A stretch of 56,986 nucleotides of DNA, the filler included, from Basidioascus undulatus (taxonomy: Eukaryota): the NCBI GenBank assembly GCA_000826855.1. It is 4 parts of 4 records of this genome, joined end to end, with 100 filler letters (N's around TTAATTAATTAA, not from the genome) between each part and the next. Parts side by side here need not be neighbours in the genome. Positions count along the whole stretch, not along the records: positions 14,293 to 28,475 come from JTLS01000754.1; 3 more parts are not named here. The stretch is one strand, 5' to 3'. The translations under genes and the position numbers were made by a program. This document shows positions 14,193-25,250 of this stretch, one piece after another. Each line of letters opens with the position of its first letter. The stretch's first letter is position 1. The notes beneath the pieces were generated by a model. It had not been told where the DNA came from and did not search any database. It saw nothing but the letters and a program-made list of their open reading frames with translations.

Positions 14193-14292
14193 NNNNNNNN
14201 NNNNNNNNNNNNNNNNNNNNNNNNNNNNNNNNNNNNTTAATTAATTAANNNNNNNNNNNNNNNNNNNNNNNNNNNNNNNNNNNNNNNNNNNN
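14193..14292. other. Artificial contig linker (44 N + TTAATTAATTAA + 44 N)
   Basis: Exactly 100 nt; the 12-mer places stop codons in all six frames; identical at three positions. Confidence 0.97.
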
Positions 14293-15211
14293 CCGTAGAC
14301 TGATACAAGCTCAGCGCGGGGAGAAGGCAGTGAATGGGGGCGAGGGGCGAGGAGGGGGAGATTGAGGAAGAGGAGGAGGAGGAGGAAGAGGAGGAGGTCA
14401 AGACGAGCGTGCACCTTATGGCCGCTAGCCCGGACGGCCAGTGGCTCGCAACGACCGACCTCGCGTGCCGGACGCATCTGTTCAGCTTTGATTCCCTCCA
14501 GGTGAGTATCCTTCTTTCTCCTGTCATTTGGAAAGAAAGGGGTGCTAAATCACTGCCGTCCAACTCCTCTAGCACCACGCGACGCTCCCCTCGCACGCGC
14601 AACCCATCTCCGCGCTCTCCTTCCACCCTCTCACGCCCTCGCTGCTCGTCCTCGGGCAGCCCTCCAACGCCCTAACCTTCTACGACGCGGACCTTCGCTC
14701 CCCGCCCGCCTGGTCGCGTGCGCTCACCTCGCGCGGGCCCCCCGCGCACCTGGCATCCCTGGTCGACCCCCTGCAGGGGATCGCGTTCAACCCCTCCCCG
14801 CACGCGATCCCGCCGTCCTTCCCTTCCCACGAAGCCTCCGCCGCGCTCGACCCCGCCCGCGAACACACGCTCCTCCTCTGGGGCGCGTCGTGGATCTGCC
14901 GCGTGCGCCTGGACCGCTCCGCGGGGCGGCACCACCGGGGCTCGAAGAGGGGCAAGAAAGCCTCGGCGCCCGCGAACGAGGTGCAGAGGAAGGCGAGGGA
15001 GCTGTGGATTGAAAGGGAGCGCGAGGCCGGACGGGCCGGGGACGAGGACGAGGCGGACACGGTCAACTTTAGGCTGGCGACGCGGTATGAGCCGATTGTG
15101 TTCTTGGACTTTGTCGGGGATAGCGAGCTTTGTGTCGTGGAGAGGCCAGGGAGGGACTTTGTGGGACAACTGCCGGCGGCGTTTTGGAAGGGCGACCGAT
15201 ATGGGACGTAG
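14293..15211 (+). CDS. UTP4: U3 snoRNP/SSU processome WD40 protein Utp4, C-terminal part (5' truncated by linker)
   Basis: MAASPDGQWLATTD..RTHLFSFDSLQ, intron, HHATLPS...LLLWGASWICRV...NFRLATRYEPIVFLDFVGDSELCVVERP...LPAAFWKGDRYGT* matches the fungal Utp4 C-terminus. Confidence 0.85.
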
Positions 15212-15377
15212 GGCGGGAAGTTGGGTCGGGGTTGGAAGGGCATACATCGTTGCTGCTTTCTGGCGTGATTTGGTCGTCTGTGGTTTATGGGTCTGCTCGC
15301 TGCTGGTTGTTTGTGCAAGGTGCAGGTGCGTCGTTGGAAGGCGGAAGGGTTGGTCGGTAGAAAGAGTTCGTGTCGCC

Positions 15378-16076
15378 TTAGCCGCGGTCGCTTTCTCTGT
15401 GACCCCCTTGTTGATACTTCCCCGTCCGAATATTTACCGTTTGCAGGAGCTTTTGCAGAAACCTGCAAACGCGCTGCGCCAGGTACGTGTTTCTGCAGCA
15501 TGCAGCGTCTGGCGCTAGAACAAAATGTACACCGGCTGGCATGCAGATAAGTTTCCATAGCGAGGATGGGAGAACAAACGAAAGAATCGGACTGCGCCGG
15601 TGGATACATATGAAAGGCGTGCGGAATGTTCGGGGAAGGGGATGTGGGGCGAGAAGGAAGGAAAGTCCTCGGGTAGAACGACGATCGCGGGCGGGATCGG
15701 GCAGATCGTCGAGGCTGAGGGAAGGACTGTTAACGCGAGCCGTCTGGACATCTGGAGGTATGAAAGGGGCAGCGTACAGTACTACTTCACGACAAATCCA
15801 CGTCCCGGACAGGTGCTTGCCACGAGCGCAGGCGGCAGAGGGGCGAGGAGCCGAGCGCGTTGGCCTTGTCGTGCTGCGCCGGCAAGAGGAGGGAAGGTAC
15901 AGGGCTGACGTAGGCGGTCGTGAAATAGGGTCGGCCGTCGGACTCTGAGCCATCGCTGGACGGCTGCTTCGAGGCGAGAGTGGACTGTTGGAGGAGGTCG
16001 CGTTGCTCGACGAGCCGGACGAGAGGTCGAGCGTAGGGGTGGATGCTGGCGATGAGGAGTCCTCGGGCTCGGACAT
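15378..16076 (-). CDS. Ser/Pro-rich hypothetical protein, structure uncertain
   Basis: ATG at 16076 (MSEPEDSSSPASTPTLDLSSG) inside an open frame; no recognisable domain. Confidence 0.25.
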   Translation of the reverse strand: MSEPEDSSSPASTPTLDLSSGSSSNATSSNSPLSPRSSRPAMAQSPTADPISRPPTSALYLPSSCRRSTTRPTRSAPRPSAACARGKHLSGTWICREVVLYAAPFIPPDVQTARVNSPSLSLDDLPDPARDRRSTRGLSFLLAPHPLPRTFRTPFICIHRRSPILSFVLPSSLWKLICMPAGVHFVLAPDAACCRNTYLAQRVCRFLQKLLQTVNIRTGKYQQGGHRESDRG

Positions 16077-17585
16077 GATCAGATTCGGCGATAACAGAGT
16101 CAATTGGGGATTAGGTGGAATATTCACGTATATCCTGCCCACCCTTGCGCGGGAAGTTCGAGCCGGAGGAGGTCGTGAGGCTGTTGCGCGGCGCGAGCTC
16201 AAGAAGACCGTCGGAGGAAATGGCGCTATCCGACGCGCTGGACGGCGACTCGAGCGTTGAGAGGGGAATCTTCGGAGTCGTATTCGACTGTGTGTAGAAA
16301 TGCGATGAGCGTTGGTGCCGAGAGAAGCGAGCGGGCAGTATGCGGCCTACTCACCTGGGTCCTGCCGCCCTTCCTCCCCCTACCAGCGCCCCATTCCTTC
16401 AGGTGCGTCTCCCGACGAAGAAGTGGTTCAATAGGACAAGTATTATAAGGTACCATGCACTCTTGACTGCAAACCCGCTGAATGTATGCCACCGACCGTG
16501 CTTGATGTTCCAGTGAAACATGGGAACGGCGTCGCTATAGGCGGATATCTCCAAATACCTGTATGCCGCGGCCCTCACACCAAGCTTCTTCAGGTTCTCG
16601 AGAAGCCGAAACCCCACCTGACGCGGAGGGTTGTTGAAGTTCCAGGCCCCAATCAGAGGCAGAGGCTCCGCCTCGAACTGGGCAAGCGAAGTCTCGTGGA
16701 GCCCCCACCAGCGGTATGCCTCCTCGTCCTGCTGGGTCCATCGACGTGTGAATCGCGACAGATCGGGGTGAGGAAGGTTAAGTGAGAGCCTCGAGCTGAA
16801 AGAAGGTAGTTGCGTCTTTAAACAAGGTGAGGCTGGTATGCGCGTGGTGGAGAGTGGAGAGGGGGAAAGGGGCGGCTCAGTCTCAGCTCGAAAATTAGTA
16901 AACGCGCTACCTAGCTGCAAGCTCTTGCTTGTTACTTTTCCTTTGACGACTGCTTTGCGATACAAACTATTATTGATAATCTGTTCAGGATAATGAGCCT
17001 AAATATTCTCGTTTTTCTATCAAGAGTATGCATGTAGTCGATGTCAGTCAAGACGATTATCCTGGAGCACCACCTGAAGATGCAAGTGGCATGGGTGTAA
17101 GGCTAAGTGAAGTTCTGGAAGAATCACGTCATACAAAACGTTGTGGAATTCAGAATTGAGGTTGAACTTTGAGCAGCATGGTGGCGAAGTCTGTGAGGAC
17201 CGTTGTGATTTGCCCTCCTCCATGCGCATACTTCGAGCTCAAGCTGCACCAATTTTCTTGAAAGGGAAAACTAAGTGACTGAACCCCTGCATTGAGGTAA
17301 GCTTATGTAGTTCGTGAATGCCTCCTTCCAGGCATTTGGCAACGTAGTACTTGCATGCAACAGAATGACCACAGGATACTACCATGCTGACTAGAAAGAC
17401 GCCTGCCATGGGAGAAACAAATTGTGGCTGATCAGTACCTGTGCCTTCCACAACGAAACATTCATGTTTGATGCTGTTCTCACACTGGCATATTAGTCGT
17501 ACGGTGGTTTCGCAGGCCTTCCTCCCGTTTCCCCATCCTCCACCATCGTCTTCAATGTGCAAGCTCTTCCCTCCCCAGTCCAAAC

Positions 17586-18445
17586 ATGCCGATCCCCGTA
17601 CTTTGGCTCGATGCGTCGCGACTCGTCTTTGACGCGGTTGCGGAATCCGTCGAAGGTCATCCTCACGCCTACGCTCGGGATTCCACGACCCTGGCCCGGC
17701 TGAGCCTCGTCTCGCGTGATTTCAACGTCCTGGCGATCCCGATGCTATACTCTTCAATCGACTTTACTGCCTTCAACGGTGGATGTTCGTCTCAAAATCG
17801 GTTGCTGGGCTTCCACAACACAATGAGAGCAAAGCCGCAGTTGCTCGAGCACCTTTATCCGCTCATCCTGCCGGTGTCGCTCGACAGCGATATGGGCTAT
17901 CCGTACAACATACTCCTGCAAGTTCTAAGACAGAACGCTCCCCGTCTTCGACAACTCTCCATTTCGGACATCACCGGCCCCACGAGGAATCGTTGATGGC
18001 ATTCGTTCGCTCGTACTCGCACTTCCCGTAGAAGAGCTCGTCCCTCCTCTGTACCTCGATATGTTCGCTACGCCATTTATGTAGCACCCCACGCGCTTGG
18101 TCATCAAGCATATGATCAGCCTCGATGACCAACACATTGTGGACGCGCTTCTCGCTATGCCTCGGCTCTCGCACGTCGCGTCAGCTTACTTTGAACCAGA
18201 CCCACGGTTCATCAGAAACCCTTCCATCCTTTGCGCACTTCGTCTCCAGAGCCCCATCGGTGCGGAAGATGGTGTTCATATCCGATGGTGCGGATCAGTT
18301 TAATGGGCACTTTCAACGGCACTGGCCCCGGTCCTGCGATGTCGAGCTGGTCAAGCTGTGGCGTGAGCAGGACGTGACTGGATGGATGTCCGATGCCGTT
18401 TCAGGGGGTACTATTTGGGAACTGGAGAGCGACGGAAGGGCCTGA
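17586..18445 (+). pseudogene. F-box-like protein relic, frameshifted
   Basis: MPIPVLWLDASRLVFD...LARLSLVSRDFNVLAIPMLYSSI resembles basidiomycete F-box-like N-termini. The continuation (VDALLAMPRLSHV; WMSDAVSGGTIWELE*) is split across frames without convincing introns. Confidence 0.55.
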
Positions 18446-18624
18446 AGTGGGCGGGTACGGGGACGGAGGAATATGTGGACTGTTGTGGTTGCCGTGTACT
18501 GTTGACTGAAAGAGACTCAACCCACGAGGTACCAGCTTCAGCCGTCCCGCCCCTCCCGCTGAGTTTCAACACCGCCACTCATCCACACCGCAGCAAGCTC
18601 GTCCACCCCGGTGCACACATCTCT

Positions 18625-19443
18625 CTACCCCTCCTCTCCTTCACGCATATCCACCAGGATCTCCCTGTGCGTCTTCTCCCGCTCCCCCAAGCGGACATCC
18701 GGTTCCCTCACCCTCTCCTCTGCAACCGTCTTCTGCCTCTCCAACTCGCCCGTCGCTCTCTCCAGCGTGTTAAACCTCCCCTGCAACACAGCCTGCGCAG
18801 CAATCTCCGCGCCCAGCTGCGCTCGGCTCGCAGCTGCCGTCGCGGCGCTCTGCGCCAGACGTTTGGACGCTTGTTGTGCGCGCGCCTCGAGCGTGTGCAC
18901 GAGCGCTTGCGTCCGAGCGATGAAGGTCTGCAGTCCGGGGTAGTAAGGACTGGGGGCAGATCTGAGTCAGAGATGGGTTTCCGCGATGCAGATATGTAAC
19001 TGACCTGGTCTGCACATTGTTTCCACTGGCAGCCGGCCCAGCGTGGCCGGCATTCCTTCGCGCCATAGCTGTACCCCACAGAACCCATTTCAGCGCTCCC
19101 CCCCTCTCCTGCGCACCCATCTCAAAACAGTTTAGCACGCACCCGCCTTATCCTCCTTCACGCGCTTATCCATCTCATGAGCGACCATCTTCAGCCGCTC
19201 CATCTCCGCGCGCTGGCGTGTGTCCGACAGGCCCGGAGGCACAGCCGGGAGGTACGCCGTGCCGGGCGGGGTCTCCCCCCGCTCTTGCGCGAGCGATTTG
19301 AGGCGGCTGTGGATTGTCGACCACGTTTTGGAGAAGGACGACACGGTCTTGAGGCGTACTGCATAGGGCAGAATCGAAGACGGCTGGATCGAGGGTAGGT
19401 CCAGGGGCTGGGGGATGAGCGGGAAGAGGGGATGAGAGTTCAT
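18625..19443 (-). CDS. Hypothetical coiled-coil protein, about 3 exons, possibly with a premature stop
   Basis: Exon MNSHPLFPLIPQ...RAEMERLKMVAHEMDKRVKEDKA, GT..AG introns, then Ala/Glu/Arg/Gln-rich helix TFIARTQALVHTLEARAQQASKRLAQ...ELERQKTVAEERVRE. Confidence 0.45.
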
Positions 19444-20433
19444 TGTTCTATGTGAGTGGGTTGATCAGTGAGCTGAATGTTAGAAAGCTGGAGTGAGGCG
19501 AAAGGTGATGTTAGGTTGCGGAAGGAGTTCAAGGAGTGGAGCGAGAAGGCTGGCTGTGTCGGGCACTGCGTCGCCCTAATTGTTTGGATTTGGCGCCGCA
19601 CTTTGACGTCCATCATGAGCCGACCTGGTCCGGACATCCCCACATTCCTTCTTGGAGAAACCCACCTTGCTGTGTTATTCTACGGTAAATCACTTATCGG
19701 CTCAGAAGGTCGCAACTGATACTCATCGATGGTCAAGCAAGGTCTGGCTGGTCCACGGGAAGACCCAGCGCGAGTACAATTGCACAGCTGCCAAAAGTTT
19801 CAGTGAATCCGTGCATGATTCGTCGGAAGTTTCAAGTAGAAAACTTGACTCATAATCTATTCATGCGCCCCGCATTGGCAGAGCATCGGTCCAGCTCAGG
19901 TTCGAATGTTCAAGCGGGCAGTGAAAAGCTGCTTCGGATTCTCTTGCATGCGGATACGCAGCCTGCATCGGACACTGCCATTGCAGATATAGGCTTGCCG
20001 AAACTTCGGGCATGCGATCGTCTGTGAAGTGGCGACGCCCGAGAAGCAGCAGTTGACGACTGAGAAGCAGGTGCGGGGGGTGAGTCGGGAGTTTTGGTGC
20101 AGAGTGCCGTCAGTTAGGAGAGGAGGGTACAGGAGGGGTGGGAAAGAAGAAGGAGAGATTGTGGCAATGAAGCCTCATGATAGATCAATGGATAAAATTT
20201 GTGTTAAAACTTTACAGGCAATCGACACGTCTGCCCGAGGAGCACGTCAAGGTGCAGGCCCAATACGACAGAGAACACCAACTGTAAGTGATCTCAAACT
20301 GTGGGACGTTGGGGCTGGACGCAAAAATCAAGCACTCAGGGCGGAGAAATGAAGTATCACTGCATGAAGCAATACAGCAAAGTGTTGGCGAAGAAAAGTC
20401 CTGACATGTGTAAATGCGTGCTAACCATCTCAA

Positions 20434-20507
20434 GGGCATATGGTGTAGTGGCTTATCACGCCTTCTTAGCATGGAGGAGGTCTCCGGTTCAATTCCGGAT
20501 ATGTCCA
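20434..20507 (+). tRNA. tRNA-Ala(AGC), intronless
   Basis: GGGCATATGGTGTAGTGG...CCTTCTT-AGC-ATGGAGG...GGTTCAATTCCGGATATGTCCA. Acceptor stem has the G3:U70 alanine identity pair; T-rich Pol III terminator follows (20512-20522). Confidence 0.95.
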
Positions 20508-21681
20508 TCTCTTTTACTTTTTACTGCTCGATGGACAAGTACGGAACGTCCAGAGTTGTCCAGATGTCCTTGCCAGACGCCGGGCCGAAGTAATGTAGGT
20601 GCACCGTTGTGGATCCTGCCCCTTTGAGTGAAGCGGCTGCTAGCCAGGAAGCTGCGAAGAGCGAGAGTGCAAGCCCGGCCGGGTTCGAGAACTTAGAAAA
20701 AAGATTTAAAAGTTCCATTTTACACGAAAGCGTGAAGGAAATAGACAGCGAAGGTGGTGCGCATGGGAAGTGGGCGGCAGCCTGAGCCTGCGAAGTTCCG
20801 CCCATCATTCGTCCTTTCCGCACTCCTTGGCTATGAGAACAACGGGAATTCAGGAATGAATGTCTCTGCAACCTTGCCACCCGTCCTACAAATGTATGGA
20901 TCAAATGTATAGATCAGCGGCAGGAAGAACGGTGGGACTCACATTGAAGCCAATGCAGCGGTCGACGCACAGTATTGCCTTTCGCCGGAATGGTACGTCT
21001 AACTGTAAGTAAAGGACGTATTGCCTGGCACTTCCACTCACCAGGAAGCAGAAGCACCGTTCCATTATCCAAAGGGGGCAATTTCCGAAGGCCTACAACT
21101 GAGCAGCACGATTTTTACCTGGGTAATGCTAAAGAGGAGCTGAAGTGCTGACAGAAAAACTATAGGAAGTAAAATCCTGATCAGTAGGCACCGCGTTCTG
21201 CAGTCTAACAACTGCTTCAGGCAGTAGAGTGTTCATACATGTATAAGTGTTCTGACCAAAATATGAACCTCAGCTTTCACGGATTTGGATGTTCCAGCAG
21301 GCCTGAGTGGTCTCAGGGCAGGGTGTTGCAGTGCAGGCAAACGACCGCAACACCGCAAGAACGCGTCGCGCGAGCGCCGGCTTGTCTAGTTTTTTTTCGG
21401 TTTGGGTTGTTCTGATGTCTCCGATGCCTTCCGGCAGTGGGTCTTGTTTCTTGAGGACAGCACCGCATTGCGCTGCAACTTGGCGCTCCATCTAGGCGGT
21501 AAAAACCCCGAACAGGCAGCCAACCCGGCCGCCTGAATAGCGCGTAATGCATGCACTCACTTGGCTTGCCCCTTGCCCCCTCTCTCATCCGCTTCTTGCC
21601 CTTTACTCTCGCTTATTCTCTTCCAGATCTTGAGTCAGGATATACAGGGACGCCGTCAATATACATGACGAAGGACGCCTC

Positions 21682-23936
21682 ATGAACGCGCGAGATCCCG
21701 CCGCCCCACCATCGCCGTCCAGCAGCTCGTCCCCCCGGCTGTTCGTGTCCGACAAGCCCCACGAGCGACTGAGCTCGGCACACGAGCGTCTGTGAGTTTT
21801 TGAGCTCGAAATGTGTCTTTTCTGTTCAGGACATGCTGAACTTGTTGTCGGTGGGCTGGGACAGACCTCTCACTGCAGGGTCTGACGACGAGATGGCGTC
21901 TGCGACGTCCAAGCTCGGCGGGGCCGCGGGCATCCTCATCTTTATTGTCAGCCTCGTCTCATACGCGCTCGAGACCGAGTTCGCCCAGGTGAGCCGCTGG
22001 TCATTTTTGAGCGTCTTGCGCGGGCGCACGCGACGAGAGGAGGGGGCGATGAGCGGGGGCGATTGGCTTGGCTTTGGAGAACCGCTGCGACTGCTTCCGC
22101 TGTTTCTACCTTCAGACGCCAGTGATGGATTGGCTTTTCTCTTATCTCGAACGCATTTTTTTTTTGAATGGCACTTCGAGTCCCGATCGATGCGGCGCCA
22201 ATCTCAAGAACGAGGCCCAAAGCGCACGGTAACCGCTCGATCCCCCTTGGTCTGCCTCCCCGCCGACGCACACTTTACTCCTTCCCGACGCTCTGAAGCC
22301 AAACGCCTACCTCCCATGCTCATCTTATCCCTCATACAGCACCTCCAAACGAACCTGCGCTACACGAAGCCGTACTTCCTGCTCTACCTCGCGCACTCGT
22401 CCTTCGTCATCCTCCTCCCGCTCCACCTCCTCTTCCTCCGTCTCACCGCCGGCCTCCCCGCCAAGGTCTACCTCCGCGGCCTCGCCCTCGCCACGCGCGA
22501 CTTCGTCCTCCCTGATTCTCCGGCCCCGGGGCATGCCGGGTTCTGGGACATCCTCCCTGTGCCACAGTGCTTCGTCCGCATTGGCGCTCTCACGGGCCTC
22601 GCGACCATTGCGGCGGTCGCATGGTGGATTGCAGTGGACTTCACTTCGTTAGTCGCCTCGATTCTATAGGGCCTCAACGTCATCTTTGCGCTGACTCGAT
22701 GGCAATGAGCAGAGCTGCCGATCTGACAGCCATCTGGAACAGGTGCAGCTTCCGTGCCTGGGCCTATTCAACCTGCAGCGGCTGATGTACAGCTCTCTTC
22801 CGGGTAGCTCTGCTTTCTGGGCCTATCTGTTCGCTGTCTACTTCCTTGGCGAGCCCTGGCAGCGCTCGAAGCTTGTCAGCGTATTCATCGCGTGTGTGGG
22901 CGTGGCGTGCATTGCTGTGCGTCCGCCCCTCTCTTCTCCCTCGCCTCTTCCCCTTCTCTCTCCTCCCGCTCATCTTCGCTAATCCCTCCTCGTAGTACGG
23001 CGGCAAGTCCTCCTCCGACTCCGCCGAGTCCTTCGACCCCACCCCCGCGCTCGAGCACTCCGCCTCCAGCGCGCTCCTCGGCGACCTCCTCGTCCTCTTC
23101 GGTAGCGTCTCCTTCGCGCTCTTCGAGGTCGCACTGAAGAAGTACGGCTCGGTCCCGGACGATGGCGGAGAGGATGACCTTGGGAAGGCGGAGGAGGGCG
23201 AGTACGAGGCGCTGGACTTCGAGGTGGACGACGATGAGGAGAACAGGGATGGGGAAGGGAGTGAGGATGCCCGGCGCAGTGCGAGACCGGGTATGGGCCT
23301 CCCGAGACCGAACGGCTCGCTCTCGATGCAGGGCCGCAGGACGGCCTCGAGCATCTCTACGACGTTTTCGGTCGACCCGCCGTTCGGGCTGCATCCTGTT
23401 CGTCCCACCCTCCTTTTACCTCACGCTCTTCTTTCCCCCTCATCACCTCTTTCGTTCATTCAGAACTTTGTCAGCACCGGCATCGGCCTGTTCACGCTCC
23501 TCATCCTCTGGGTGCCGCTGCCGTTCCTGCATTGGTCCGGCTGGGAGCCGTTCGAGCTCCCGCCGTCGGGCGAGGCATGGGCGTACCTCCTCGGCATGCT
23601 CGCGAGCGCAGTCGCGTTCAACGGATCGTTCATCGTGCGTCTTTCCTCTCACCCCCATCTTCCCTCTGCACCATCCATCCCACCTTCCTTTCTCCCTTTT
23701 CCCCTTTCCCCTGTTCTCCTTGCTCATCTGTCCTGACACTGGTCCAGGTGCTCCTCTTCCTCTGGGGCCCCGTCGTCGCCTCCGTCTCCAACCTGCTCAC
23801 GATCGTCGTGATCCAGCTGATCGACGCGTTCGTCCGCCACGCGCCCATCACGCTCTACTCTGTCGTCGGCAGCGGCATGATCGTCGGCGCGTTTGCGATC
23901 CTGGCTGTGGGGATGGTGAGGCAGAAGAAGAGCTGA
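21682..23936 (+). CDS. EamA/DMT-superfamily (SLC35F-like) membrane transporter, multi-exon
   Basis: GILIFIVSLVSYALETEFAQ / HLQTNLRYTKPYFLLYLAHSSF, ADLTAIWN/SSAFWAYLFAVYFLGE, LLGDLLVLFGSVSFALFEV, LPFLHWSGWEPFELP, LWGPVVASVSNLLTIVV. An upstream exon (ATG 21682, intron 21792-21864) splices in frame; alternative start ATG 21893. Confidence 0.85.
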
Positions 23937-24564
23937 GCGGGTCGATGGGAAGTGCTGCGAGGGGAGCGGAGGTTGGGGAGGGGGCGGGTGTAGAGGGATG
24001 TGCCCCGGATGATGCTATACTTTGATTGTTGTGCTGTGCTGTGCTGCGATTGCGAGCTTGGACCAGACTACTTGGGCGCACTGTTTCGTTACTGAAAGCA
24101 TTGCCTCAGTGCATTTGTTCAGTGGTCTGATGAGGTTGAGAACGCTGCATCATCGAGGTACCTCCCGTCTCTGACACCTACCTCTCTTACTTGATCCCAA
24201 GCACGAGCTCTGTGTCCCCTTTTCTTCACGCACATTCTTCTTCCGACTCCTCCGCCCAACCCTGGGGCTCGCCTCGCCCTATCTCCGCGCAGCCTGAGCA
24301 CGTCGACATTCATCCCGGAAATGTTCAAGATTGCGTGCGGCTGGCACAAGTCACAGGTGAGGTGACATGCTACCACCCTGCCGTATTATCATGGCCTCTA
24401 AAGAAGGAATCAAGCTATAGAATCACTGAATAGAATGCACCGAGAGATGACGTAGCAAGACGAGCAGTGCTGGTAGCCACATAGGAATGGAGAATGCAAG
24501 CGGTGTGGGTATCATGTTGGAGCGACAGATTCCAAACACTCGGGTACTGTTTATAATGCCAAGA

Positions 24565-25250
24565 CTACGATCTAGAACCGTGGGTCCAACACTGCGAGGG
24601 GACGCTGGACAGCCAGTTGCGAACGCTCTTCTCCCGCTCCGCCTGCGTCCGGGCCCGCGCCTTCTCGGTCTCTTCAAGCCATAAGTCCCCGAACCGTGAA
24701 AAGGTAGCAAAAACGCGACACGCTTGCTCGAAGGTCACATTATCCCCTTCGTAGGGCTCGACTTGAGGCGGGGCGGGCGCGAGGCTGCGTTTGACGACGG
24801 CCGCGTAGCTCAGGTTCTGCCCGGCAGTCGGACCAGGCCCGCCACAGCCGAAGGCCCCTAACCCGGAGTGGATACCCGCCTCCTCACCTAGGAGACGCCC
24901 CATCCCGTCGGAGGCACCAGAGCGGAAAGTGCGTAGCGGGAAAACTGCAACGCGTCCAGCAATGGAGATTAGCAAGCTGAACCGCAGATTGGCGTGAAAG
25001 GAACGTACACGAGTGGTGCGATGGAGAATGCTCGCGCAGGTATCTATCAAGACCCAGCTGGGCATGCTATATTTCTCACCCCGCGGACCGCCGTACGAAG
25101 ACGGTGGGGCGTTTTAGGGAGGAGACCGGGTACGGAGAGGGGGATGAGCGACTTGAGCAGGAGGGGGTCGTTGAAGCCTTCGGCATGCTCGATCGACTGC
25201 AGGTTTTGCTGGACAGAGGGACATATAAAGTACACTAGACGTCCCCGGGG
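24565..25250 (-). pseudogene. Possible degenerate hypothetical gene
   Basis: Protein-like ORF end (LSYAAVVKRS...LWLEETEKARARTQAEREKSVRNWL); no clean start or exon chain found. Confidence 0.2.

Noticed and set aside
14193..14292. TTAATTAATTAA palindrome repeated three times as a biological repeat or recombination site
   Set aside because: Always centred in 44+44 N; a standard artificial six-frame-stop linker.
14293..14350. Apparent 1-nt frameshift at the start of the UTP4 fragment
   Set aside because: Lies in G-runs within 60 nt of a contig end; most likely a consensus error in an essential gene.
20521..20718. 65-aa minus-strand ORF with a hydrophobic N-terminus (MELLNLFSK...) as a secreted peptide or pheromone precursor
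   Set aside because: No CAAX end or repeats, weak coding signal, and it ends in the tRNA terminator.
21090..21140. CTGAG...ACCTGGGTAATGC as a TPP riboswitch upstream of the EamA transporter
   Set aside because: The remaining conserved core (CTGAGA, TGAT, GCG..GG.A) and the paired stems are missing.
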